Virus record (IMG/VR): IMGVR_UViG_3300023175_000005 | Coordinates: 62,001-126,000 of that record | Reading direction: 5' to 3' (one strand) | Length of the DNA: 64,000 bases | Part shown: positions 20,572 to 28,418 of the stretch, piece after piece | Layout of the letters: the number at the start of each line of letters is the position of its first letter | How positions within the stretch are numbered: the stretch's first letter is position 1 | Program-made: the position numbers and the translations under genes | The notes under the pieces: model-generated | Databases searched by the model: none | Told to the model about the DNA's origin: nothing | Seen by the model: the letters and a program-made list of their open reading frames with translations, nothing else

Positions 20572-20904
20572 TTATACTTCCAAATAACTTATTGTCGCAT
20601 TCAGTTTATCCGAATCCGGACTAATCATTACTATTCTGTCACCTTCTTCTAAAATCAATCTCTCAACATTAAAAGAAAATGTTTCCTGAGCAGGCATAGA
20701 TATATTGTTAAGGACTTTATTATCGTCTGATTTAACTCCGCCACTTCCTTGTATTACATGCATATCAAAACTACTGTCGTTTACAGATGTTATCGAAGTA
20801 GAATAGTTGCTAACTAACACGGTCGTGATGGCATATTTCTTTCCTGCTGGAACATCTAGCAATGTTGTATCAGTTTCGAGTATTTTTACACTGTTAATCG
20901 CCAT
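20572..20904 (-). CDS. Small beta-rich virion-associated protein (110 aa)
   Basis: Translationally coupled within the fibre operon; ends ERLILEEGDRI...ATISYLEV as in many myovirus fibre-adjacent proteins. Confidence 0.6.
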   Translation of the reverse strand: MAINSVKILETDTTLLDVPAGKKYAITTVLVSNYSTSITSVNDSSFDMHVIQGSGGVKSDDNKVLNNISMPAQETFSFNVERLILEEGDRIVMISPDSDKLNATISYLEV

Positions 20905-20913
20905 CTTTCTTCC

Positions 20914-22239
20914 TTAAAAAATAATACTATAAAGCAGAGCTTTATTCCTGCTTATTAATTCGTCTTGTGTACCTAATTCGTTTATAAAATATAAACCTGT
21001 GCCGCCATCAGCTTCGTCTTTTGCATATATCTTTGTACCATCAGTAGGTGGTGTATCTTCTGTATCAGTTAGTGCAGGATCTATTAATTTAGGAAACAAC
21101 ATAGGTGTTAGTACTTGTACATCACCTAAATTATTACCTGATAATTTCAAATCACTATCAAGTCCAGATGCTGAAATGGTATTTTCATCTATGGTAACCA
21201 ATGCAATTTCTGCAGATGTTTCATAAAAGTATGCAATTTCACTACCGTCTACAGTAATTCTAACATTACTTAGAGATGTAACACCATCTAGTGTACTAAA
21301 TGCTTCAACTTTTGTTGTTCCATCTGGTTCAACAGCATTAATTCTATATTGCCAATTATATTTGTGATAATCTCTAACATAATCTTTTAAGAACTGCAAA
21401 TTAGGAATAGCATCTGGTTCATACCCTGGCCAATCTGCTCCTGACAATCTGTTAGAATTTGTAGGAACATTTTTTATTTCACTGCCGTCGTATTCAGCAA
21501 GGCGTTTTTCATAATCAAGTGTGCCTGATACAGAAACAACGCCGCCTAAATTGGATCCTGGTAACAAGTTAAGATCATTACCATCTTCAGTTTTAATGCT
21601 GCTTGTATAGATACCTAAGTATCCTGAACCTTCTAAACCAAACTTAAATGCACCTGCATTTGCTTCTAACACACCGTTAGTGTATGACAATAAGTTTTCA
21701 TCGTAAAACATAACAGCATTTGGCAATGTGCCTCTGTCCATTATGATACCAGAAATTTCATCGCCACCAATACCAGTTGCAATTACTCTTTGTATATTAC
21801 CATCACTTATGTATGCAATAAACCCTGATGTATCTACAGGAGTAGTTAATGCAAAGTCTGCAAATAATTCAACTGTAGTAGGATCAACAACATTTACATA
21901 GTAAGTGTTATTGTTTAATTCTACCATTCCTAAAACATTAGTAATAATTACTTCGCTACCATCAGTAAAACTGTGAGCATCTGATAATTCTACTTGTGCT
22001 GGGTTTGCTTGTGTTATACCAACAATGTCGTATAGTGTATTAGATTGATTGTTTAGTGTTAGTGTTTTATCACTTACAATTAATTCAGACGAAGTAATCG
22101 AAGTTTGAGAGCCGTTGACATCTAAATCACCATTGATAACAACAGTGCCGGAACCTACATTAATTTCAATAGTTCCGCCATCGTTAATTGTTAACTTATA
22201 ATCGTCGACTCCATACTGTTCGATTCTAGACGCTGTCAT
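20914..22239 (-). CDS. Virion/tail protein containing an E1 FCCH-like beta domain
   Basis: ITQANPAQVELSDAHSFTDGSEVIITNVLGMVELNNNTYYV motif; N-terminus resembles that of the 2328-aa protein. Confidence 0.6.
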   Translation of the reverse strand: MTASRIEQYGVDDYKLTINDGGTIEINVGSGTVVINGDLDVNGSQTSITSSELIVSDKTLTLNNQSNTLYDIVGITQANPAQVELSDAHSFTDGSEVIITNVLGMVELNNNTYYVNVVDPTTVELFADFALTTPVDTSGFIAYISDGNIQRVIATGIGGDEISGIIMDRGTLPNAVMFYDENLLSYTNGVLEANAGAFKFGLEGSGYLGIYTSSIKTEDGNDLNLLPGSNLGGVVSVSGTLDYEKRLAEYDGSEIKNVPTNSNRLSGADWPGYEPDAIPNLQFLKDYVRDYHKYNWQYRINAVEPDGTTKVEAFSTLDGVTSLSNVRITVDGSEIAYFYETSAEIALVTIDENTISASGLDSDLKLSGNNLGDVQVLTPMLFPKLIDPALTDTEDTPPTDGTKIYAKDEADGGTGLYFINELGTQDELISRNKALLYSIIF

Positions 22240-22255
22240 TTATATCTCCAACTTA

Positions 22256-22702
22256 TTACTGTCTTGGTAGAGATACACTTAATACTGCGTTTGGTACACC
22301 TGAATCTTCTCTTGCATCTGGATGATTACCAATTTCGTAGATTACATTGTCTGCTTTGTCACCATCCGGCGGTGTTGCAGTACCTTTTGCAGTGTTTTCA
22401 ATTTGCACTGTTCTGTTACGAAGTTGTGTTACTTGATAAACTGTTGAATCAGAACCTGTTGCATCAATTCTAAATGTACCTTCTGGCATACTTCCGTTGC
22501 CTTCTGTTGTTAATTTTAGAATTTCACCTGCTGTTGGATCTGCATTATCACTATCTAAGCGTACCCAGAATTGATTAGCACCTTTTACTTTGTAAATGTG
22601 TGCTGCTGTGGTTGCTTCTGAACCACCTGTAAAATAGTGACGGCTTACAGCAATTCTACCTGAACCGTATCCTATTTTTGATTTATTAATTGGACGTCCC
22701 AT
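22256..22702 (-). CDS. Probable structural protein (148 aa, MGRP start)
   Basis: Own late promoter, AAGGAG RBS, first gene of the fibre operon. Confidence 0.65.
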   Translation of the reverse strand: MGRPINKSKIGYGSGRIAVSRHYFTGGSEATTAAHIYKVKGANQFWVRLDSDNADPTAGEILKLTTEGNGSMPEGTFRIDATGSDSTVYQVTQLRNRTVQIENTAKGTATPPDGDKADNVIYEIGNHPDAREDSGVPNAVLSVSLPRQ

Positions 22703-22792
22703 TTGTTTCTCCTTTTTGACGTTCTAAGTCTACGCGGTTGGTCTTCCGCATAAGTCCTCATCTAGAGGCTCTCCTCTTGACACAAGTATTTA
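22703..22792 (-). promoter_or_regulatory. Late promoter (ggaTAAATA) followed by a structured 5' leader
   Basis: Hairpins AGAGG-AGAG-CCUCU and UAUGCGG-AAGACCAA-CCGCGUA lie before the RBS. Confidence 0.55.
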
Positions 22793-22823
22793 TCCAAAAG
22801 ATTAAAATGGGTTATTATGTCAT

Positions 22824-22857
22824 AAAAAAAGGCCTGCAATTATGTTGCAGACCTTTT
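22824..22857 (-). terminator. Intrinsic terminator, possibly bidirectional
   Basis: GGUCUGCAA/UUGCAGGCC stem followed by U7. Confidence 0.75.
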
Positions 22858-22867
22858 CTATAATATT

Positions 22868-23078
22868 GATAGGTTGGACTACTGATTACCAACAACCGCA
22901 CTATGCCCCATCAGGCTCAAAACAGCACGGAACCTCACAATAGAATGGTTAATCCTACTTTTCCTGCAATGCTTTGTCTCCAAAGTCTTACAGCGCCACC
23001 ACAGCGTGTGAGTCAAGTTAATGCCTGGGTAAGCATCGTTTCCTTGCACTATCTAACTTGGACCGTCGTCTTCGTTAT
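22868..23078 (-). ncRNA. Putative ~210-nt highly structured non-coding RNA
   Basis: Bounded by a sigma70 promoter and a terminator; GC-rich relative to flanks; at least 8 helices whose G-U pairs work only on the minus strand; GAGA tetraloop. Confidence 0.7.
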
Positions 23079-23084
23079 GTTTAT

Positions 23085-23112
23085 AATATAGCATCTAAAA
23101 AAAGTTTGTCAA
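23085..23112 (-). promoter_or_regulatory. Sigma70-type promoter driving the ncRNA
   Basis: TTGACA-N16-TATATT with an extended -10 TG, or N18-TATTAT. Confidence 0.65.
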
Positions 23113-23321
23113 CGATAATCTTGAACTTTTTTTTGAATTTTTTCAATTTTTGTTGCAATTTTTCTGTCTTTGACATCATCTGCAAAATATTGTACTCTGT
23201 CACCAATTTTTAGATCATGTAAACGTGGATCAAACACAATATCTTTACGTGTGGCTTTCCATCTATCTGGTCTAATAAATCCATGCATTTTTAATTTCTT
23301 ATATACTGTACCTGTTTCCAT
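23109..23321 (-). CDS. Cold-shock-domain-like (OB-fold) nucleic-acid-binding protein
   Basis: METGTV...HGFIRPD...KDIVF...LKIGDRVQY...IATKI follows the CspA pattern with divergent RNP motifs; 70 aa; GGAG RBS. Confidence 0.6.
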   Translation of the reverse strand: METGTVYKKLKMHGFIRPDRWKATRKDIVFDPRLHDLKIGDRVQYFADDVKDRKIATKIEKIQKKVQDYR

Positions 23322-23344
23322 TAGTATCTCCTTACAGTATTTAC

Positions 23345-23370
23345 AAAAAAATAGGCCCCGTAGGGCCTAT
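23345..23370 (-). terminator. Intrinsic terminator after the major capsid gene
   Basis: AUAGGCCC-UACG-GGGCCUAU (UNCG tetraloop) followed by a U run. Confidence 0.85.
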
Positions 23371-23393
23371 CTTAAAATTATATAATCTAAAAC

Positions 23394-24572
23394 TTACGCG
23401 AAGCTTAGGTTTGCTGTTGTTACACCAACTAGACCTAGGTAATCCGCTGCATTGCCTAAAGACGATGCTGCGTTTGATAGTTCTACATAACCGTAACGTG
23501 TCATGAATGACACTGTTGGTTCGAATGTTGATGGATCTAGTACAACACCACTGCTCATTAATGGAATGTATGGGCAGTAGAACGCTGCTGCGTCTGATTC
23601 TGATGTACCTTTGTAGCCAACTAGAACATTGTCACTACCTGCATATGTGTTTACATATACTTTCATACTGTTGTTTAGTGTACCAACCATTTTTGTGTTA
23701 GTTGGTGCTTCAAATGTACCTTCTGTTGTACGAGCAAATGCAGATGTTGTTGCACTTTGTAGTAGTGTTAGTACTGTTGGTGATACAACTGCCCAGTTAC
23801 CTGCGCCTCTGCGTGTACGCTGTGCAATCAAGTTTGCAACTCTGTTGATTTGAACTGCTAGTGCAGCATGTTCGTCACCAACAAATGTTGCTGTACCTGA
23901 TACAGCAGCTTGGTCGTATGTTTCAACCGCTGAACCTGCAAGAGTTGTTAGGCTGCGGATGATTTCCTGATCGATCTCAGCAGTAATCTCTTGAGCAAGT
24001 GCTGCCATGATTTCTGCTTCTACGTCGATGCCGTGCTGTGACTGAGCGTCTTGTGCTGACTCAAATGTCCAACGTGCGCTTAGTTTACGTGACTTTGCTT
24101 CGACTGTTTGCTTTAAGATCTGAATGCTTAGTCTGTTACCAGCAGTACCTTCTAAAGCGCCTGTTGCAGCCGCTGTATCTGAAGATGCTGTGTTACCTGA
24201 ATAACCTTCTGCAATCTTAAATGGTGATAGTGCTTCTTCACCTGCCACAGTGTTTCCACCTGCGGAACCTGTGAATGCGTCACTATAACGTACACGTAAT
24301 GTGTGAATTTGACCGACTGGACCGGTCATTGGCTGAACGCCTACCAATTCGTTAGCAATAACGGTTGGCATAACACGTCTGATCACAGGAAGGATCACAC
24401 GGTTTAGTGTTGCGATGTTACCAGCAGCAGTTGCGCCTGAAGTTGCACTCTCTGACAAATACTTGCGTGTATTTTCAAGTGTTGCCGCCATTACGGCTTT
24501 CTTGTTACCATTTAGGCCTTCAAGTAGTGCACCTTTTGTCTCCTGCCAGCGACTTTCTAGTAGTTCTGACAT
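23394..24572 (-). CDS. gp23: T4-like major capsid protein
   Basis: LVGVQPMTGPVGQIHTLR, AKSRKLSARWTFESAQD, EITAEIDQEII, AFYCPYIPL and FMTRYG motifs. Confidence 0.97.
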   Translation of the reverse strand: MSELLESRWQETKGALLEGLNGNKKAVMAATLENTRKYLSESATSGATAAGNIATLNRVILPVIRRVMPTVIANELVGVQPMTGPVGQIHTLRVRYSDAFTGSAGGNTVAGEEALSPFKIAEGYSGNTASSDTAAATGALEGTAGNRLSIQILKQTVEAKSRKLSARWTFESAQDAQSQHGIDVEAEIMAALAQEITAEIDQEIIRSLTTLAGSAVETYDQAAVSGTATFVGDEHAALAVQINRVANLIAQRTRRGAGNWAVVSPTVLTLLQSATTSAFARTTEGTFEAPTNTKMVGTLNNSMKVYVNTYAGSDNVLVGYKGTSESDAAAFYCPYIPLMSSGVVLDPSTFEPTVSFMTRYGYVELSNAASSLGNAADYLGLVGVTTANLSFA

Positions 24573-24582
24573 TGTCTTCTCC

Positions 24583-25671
24583 TTAATTTAAACCAGCAAG
24601 TCTTTTCATGTCCACAACGTTTGTGTCAATCTGCTTGCTGTCTGAACTAATTTCTCTATTGCCTGTTACTTCTGTTGCCTCTGTAAGTGGTGCCTTCTGC
24701 TTTGCTGGACTTTTACCGTCAATAACTGATGGTAGGTACTTGTCAAACGACTCACGTAGTTTTGTAGTCTGAACTGTTTCCAGTAAATCCGTCATAATGT
24801 CTTTTTGGTCTTTGCTCAATGGTGAAACAAGTTCACTCATGATTTTAGCACGTTCTTGTGCTTCAACAAGACGCTTAACTTCTGCATCTTTGCTTTCTGC
24901 AATTTCCTTTGCTTTCGTTACGAAAGTTTTTGCTTCTGCAATTTGTTTATTTTTTGCGTCAACAATTTTTAAGAGTTTTGCAGTTTCTGATTTTTCATTT
25001 AGATGTGAGTTCATGTACTCAGATGTAAATGCTTCAAAAATCTTACGTCCAAAATCATTTTTGCGAGCCGCTTCAATATCTTCTTTTAATTGAGATATTT
25101 CTGCTTTAAGACCGGTAGATACAACATTTTCAATTGCTGTTGCACTTCTTTCGATAAAGTTCTTACGTACTTTTTCGAAGTGAGCCTTAGCTTCACGTAC
25201 TAAACGTACTTTTGTTTCAGCCAGGTCCTTTTTATCTTCTTGGAACTCTGCAATTTCTGATGCAAGTTGCTCTACTACGAAATCTTCTAACACTGAAAAC
25301 TTAGTTGCCATTGTTTTTTGATCTTCGTGTAGTTCTGAAATTTCATTTGCTAGTGTCTTAGTTACAAACTGAGACATTAGATCCGCATTTTCCTTCATTG
25401 CTACAGCATACTTTGCTTTTTGTTCTGCAAGTTGCTTACGATCTTCGTGGAATTCTGCCATTTCTTCTGAAAGTTTTTCAGATACCATAGCGTCAATTGC
25501 TTCGATCATAACACCTTTATCGTGCTCATATTTCTTAGCAAACTCCTCACGTAGTTCTGCTGTAACAGCAAGTTTATTTTCTTGAACTTTTGCGTCAAAT
25601 GCTTCTTGAATTTCAGATGCCATTTGCTCTGTAATTGCATCGCTCTCTAAAAGGTCTTTGATAGCTTCCAT
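24583..25671 (-). CDS. gp22: Prohead core scaffolding protein
   Basis: Acidic coiled-coil protein between the prohead protease and the capsid gene. Confidence 0.8.
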   Translation of the reverse strand: MEAIKDLLESDAITEQMASEIQEAFDAKVQENKLAVTAELREEFAKKYEHDKGVMIEAIDAMVSEKLSEEMAEFHEDRKQLAEQKAKYAVAMKENADLMSQFVTKTLANEISELHEDQKTMATKFSVLEDFVVEQLASEIAEFQEDKKDLAETKVRLVREAKAHFEKVRKNFIERSATAIENVVSTGLKAEISQLKEDIEAARKNDFGRKIFEAFTSEYMNSHLNEKSETAKLLKIVDAKNKQIAEAKTFVTKAKEIAESKDAEVKRLVEAQERAKIMSELVSPLSKDQKDIMTDLLETVQTTKLRESFDKYLPSVIDGKSPAKQKAPLTEATEVTGNREISSDSKQIDTNVVDMKRLAGLN

Positions 25672-25683
25672 GATTTTCTCCTT

Positions 25684-26307
25684 TTATTGGAGCCTGTCTA
25701 TTATTTTAAATAGACTCTCTGCAATATATTTTTGTGCCTTTTTATCGCCTTGAACTTCCTTAGAAGTTAGTATTGCCTTGTATCCACCATTCATATTCAT
25801 TAGGTGTTCATAAATTGGTGTAGGATAAGCACCTGGTGCGCTCGGTTGAGCAACAACATCTACAGTGATTATCTCAAATTCTGATACTTCGCCGGATCCA
25901 TCTTCTTTTACGTTTCCAGATCCACGTGACGAAACCCCAAGTTTAACGCCGCTTTCTAGCATTGTTTTAACAAGGGATCCCATCGGTGTTGGTAAAATTT
26001 TTAACTTGCCGTAACCGTTTGGGCCATCCATCCACATATCTGTGATCATATGACTTACACGATCTAAGTTAATGTTTAGTCCTTCAGGATGATCAACTTC
26101 GCCACACACTGAGTATCCGCCGGCTATCTGATCATTAAGAGTTTGGACAGCCCTGCTAATCTCTTGTACAGGATAGACACGCTGATTGGCGTTTCTAACA
26201 CCGCCTTGTATGCAAATACCTTTCATGTAAAGGTCTTTGCCTTCGTTAGCAGACTCAACGACCATTCTGGCCTGGTCAAAACTCATATGTTCACGTAGTA
26301 AATTCAT
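25684..26307 (-). CDS. gp21: Prohead protease
   Basis: NANQRVYP, GEVDHP, INLDRVSH, LGVSSRGSG and DVVAQPSAPGA motifs. Confidence 0.95.
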   Translation of the reverse strand: MNLLREHMSFDQARMVVESANEGKDLYMKGICIQGGVRNANQRVYPVQEISRAVQTLNDQIAGGYSVCGEVDHPEGLNINLDRVSHMITDMWMDGPNGYGKLKILPTPMGSLVKTMLESGVKLGVSSRGSGNVKEDGSGEVSEFEIITVDVVAQPSAPGAYPTPIYEHLMNMNGGYKAILTSKEVQGDKKAQKYIAESLFKIIDRLQ

Positions 26308-26331
26308 CCGTTCGTCCTATTATACTGCTGC

Positions 26332-27300
26332 TTAAGAGCCCATCATCGACTTTTTATTGTCAGCAGTCTCTGGCTTGCCCTTTTTCTCAGCGCCATGGCC
26401 AGGTTGTGACTTCATTGATTTTGAAGCCTTACCGCCTGGAACATTTACGTTCCCTGCGTTATCTTCTTTAGGAGCACCGGCACCTGTGCCTTCGCTTTTG
26501 CTTTCACCGCCTGCTGCGATGTTTGCTGCTGTGCCGCCCATGTTGTTTGGACCTGCTACAGTTGACTTAGTGTTTGCACCGTTGTCACCCATTGTTGCAG
26601 ATACTTTTTCTACATATTCACGCATTTGTTCGCCTGCGCTTTTTGGAGCAGTTGATTCGTCAGTTTCTTCGTCTGCTGCTTCATCTACTTCTTCGTCTGA
26701 TGCTTCGTCGACTTCTTCGTCACTTGCTTCATCTACTTCTTCGTCTGATGCTTCAAATGCATAGCCTTCTTCTTCTGGCTCTTCATCGTCGCCTGCTTCA
26801 TCACCCATCATTTTTTCAAATTCTGCTTTTAGGTCTTCTAAAGCATCTTCTAGATCCATAACTTTATCTTCTAGATCATCGTGATCCATGTCGCCTTCTT
26901 CGTCGCCTGCGTCCATGTCCATGTCGTCGCCTTCTTCGTCATCTGCACCAGCGTCTTTCATTAGGTCCATTACTGGATCATCTGCTTCTGCTTCAATGTC
27001 GTCTAGGCCAAACATTTCGTCAATGTCATCTTCTGATTCATCAACTTCTTCTTCTGATTCATCAACTTCTTCATCAGTTGCTTCGTCTAAATCATCTTCT
27101 GATTCGTCTACTTCTTCATCAGTTGCTTCATCTACTTCTTCGTCTGTAGTTTCTTCAACTTCTTCTTCTGTTTCAATAATTGATTGATAAATCTCACGTG
27201 ATTTTTCTACAACAATCTCGTGGAATAATTCTTCAGCACCTTCACGGTCTTCATTAACTAGTTTTTCGAGCATTTCCTCGAACTTATTAGTGTCAGTCAT
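26332..27300 (-). CDS. Highly acidic prohead core protein (gp67/gp68-like position)
   Basis: EEVDE(A/S)xD repeats, basic Gly-rich C-terminus, upstream of gp21 with a late promoter at 27337-27342. Confidence 0.65.
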   Translation of the reverse strand: MTDTNKFEEMLEKLVNEDREGAEELFHEIVVEKSREIYQSIIETEEEVEETTDEEVDEATDEEVDESEDDLDEATDEEVDESEEEVDESEDDIDEMFGLDDIEAEADDPVMDLMKDAGADDEEGDDMDMDAGDEEGDMDHDDLEDKVMDLEDALEDLKAEFEKMMGDEAGDDEEPEEEGYAFEASDEEVDEASDEEVDEASDEEVDEAADEETDESTAPKSAGEQMREYVEKVSATMGDNGANTKSTVAGPNNMGGTAANIAAGGESKSEGTGAGAPKEDNAGNVNVPGGKASKSMKSQPGHGAEKKGKPETADNKKSMMGS

Positions 27301-27405
27301 GTTACTCTCCTTTACTGATTACAAGGCTGTCAGTATTATTTAACAAGAATGGGAAAATATACGTAGAAATAGGCTCAAAATGAACTATTTTGAGAAGAAT
27401 CCTAT

Positions 27406-28146
27406 TTAAAGGCTGAATTTTTTTCTAAAATCTTCAACAGTTATGTGTGTTAAGTTATCTAATCCTAATAAGTTGTCTGGTATAAAACTTGATTTGTCTT
27501 CAATCACTCTTATATATCTCACAGTGGAGTTCTTTTTTATACATGTATTTGTCTGTCTAGACCAATTTCCGTAATAAGTTGCTCTATCTTCTTTTTGTTT
27601 ATAATTTGGAGTGCCAGCAAAAATATTATTAACTTTTGTTCCGTTATCAAGTCCTTTATAATCAAAACCTAAAATATAAATTTCTTCATGGTTATGTTGT
27701 GTTGCAAGCATAAGTGCAGTAGGTCCACTACTCCATCCTAAATTTGGACTCATTAAATTAAGAGATTCTAGTCCTCTTGTGTATCTATTAGGATTTGTCC
27801 AAACCATATTATCATAGTTGTATCTTGTATCGGTAATCTCTCTTACCATCTTTGTATCAACTGCAATTAAATGATCAGGTCTAAAATCTCTGTACACTGC
27901 GTTACATGCATAAACTAAACCATATTGTTTTAATAATTCTAAAGGAATATCTTTTCTACTAGTTCCGTTACCTAATACAAATGCAATATTAGTTTTAGTC
28001 GAAGGTGTACCGTCGTCAAATTTAATTGACTTTTCTAAATGTTTTCTTAATTTATCTTTTTGTTTTTGGTAGCGTTCTAAACGTTTTCTTGCTTTTCTTT
28101 CTAGTTTAGTTTCGCCTTCGATACGATGTTTTTCTTTATCGGGCAA
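27406..28146 (-). CDS. Maf/DUF115 (MptE-like) sugar-transferase-fold protein
   Basis: AFVLGNGTSR, YACNAVYRDFRPDHLIAVD, GWSSGPTAL and EEIYILGFDY motifs. Confidence 0.6.
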   Translation of the reverse strand: MPDKEKHRIEGETKLERKARKRLERYQKQKDKLRKHLEKSIKFDDGTPSTKTNIAFVLGNGTSRKDIPLELLKQYGLVYACNAVYRDFRPDHLIAVDTKMVREITDTRYNYDNMVWTNPNRYTRGLESLNLMSPNLGWSSGPTALMLATQHNHEEIYILGFDYKGLDNGTKVNNIFAGTPNYKQKEDRATYYGNWSRQTNTCIKKNSTVRYIRVIEDKSSFIPDNLLGLDNLTHITVEDFRKKFSL

Positions 28147-28158
28147 GGCTGGTTACTC

Positions 28159-28410
28159 CTACACTGCGGCTTCTCCAGCGTTTGCTGCTATACCATACAT
28201 TGCCCTCACATATACAAGATCTTTTTGACTTTCTTGTCTATGCATATCATCTGCTTTACGTGCTTTATTAATGTCTTTAAATGTCAATCTTGTTTTACGA
28301 GTGTCATCCATTGCTACAACAGAAGTTGTATCATCGTCACTATTGTAACGCTGATCCTCTACAGGTTCCATTGTTTGTTTATCAAAATAGTAAAGCTCTC
28401 TTAGTATCAT
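28159..28410 (-). CDS. Small head-module protein (83 aa)
   Basis: Directly downstream of the portal gene; MILRE start resembles a gp21 cleavage motif (L-x-E). Confidence 0.6.
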   Translation of the reverse strand: MILRELYYFDKQTMEPVEDQRYNSDDDTTSVVAMDDTRKTRLTFKDINKARKADDMHRQESQKDLVYVRAMYGIAANAGEAAV

Positions 28411-28418
28411 GTAATTAT

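Noticed and set aside
22740-22775. Hammerhead ribozyme (CUAGAUGAG resembles CUGAUGA)
   Set aside because: The core is interrupted and there is no correctly placed GAAA or cleavage triplet.
22903-23091. 62-aa plus-strand ORF
   Set aside because: No RBS; antisense to a promoter-terminator unit whose G-U pairing supports a minus-strand RNA.
26660-27175. CRISPR-like array
   Set aside because: Degenerate in-frame coding repeats with no spacers.
27367-27406. Hairpin AAATAGG-CTCAAAAT...ATTTTGAG...CCTATTT as an ncRNA
   Set aside because: Short, AT-rich and at a gene end; more simply a terminator or mRNA-stability hairpin.
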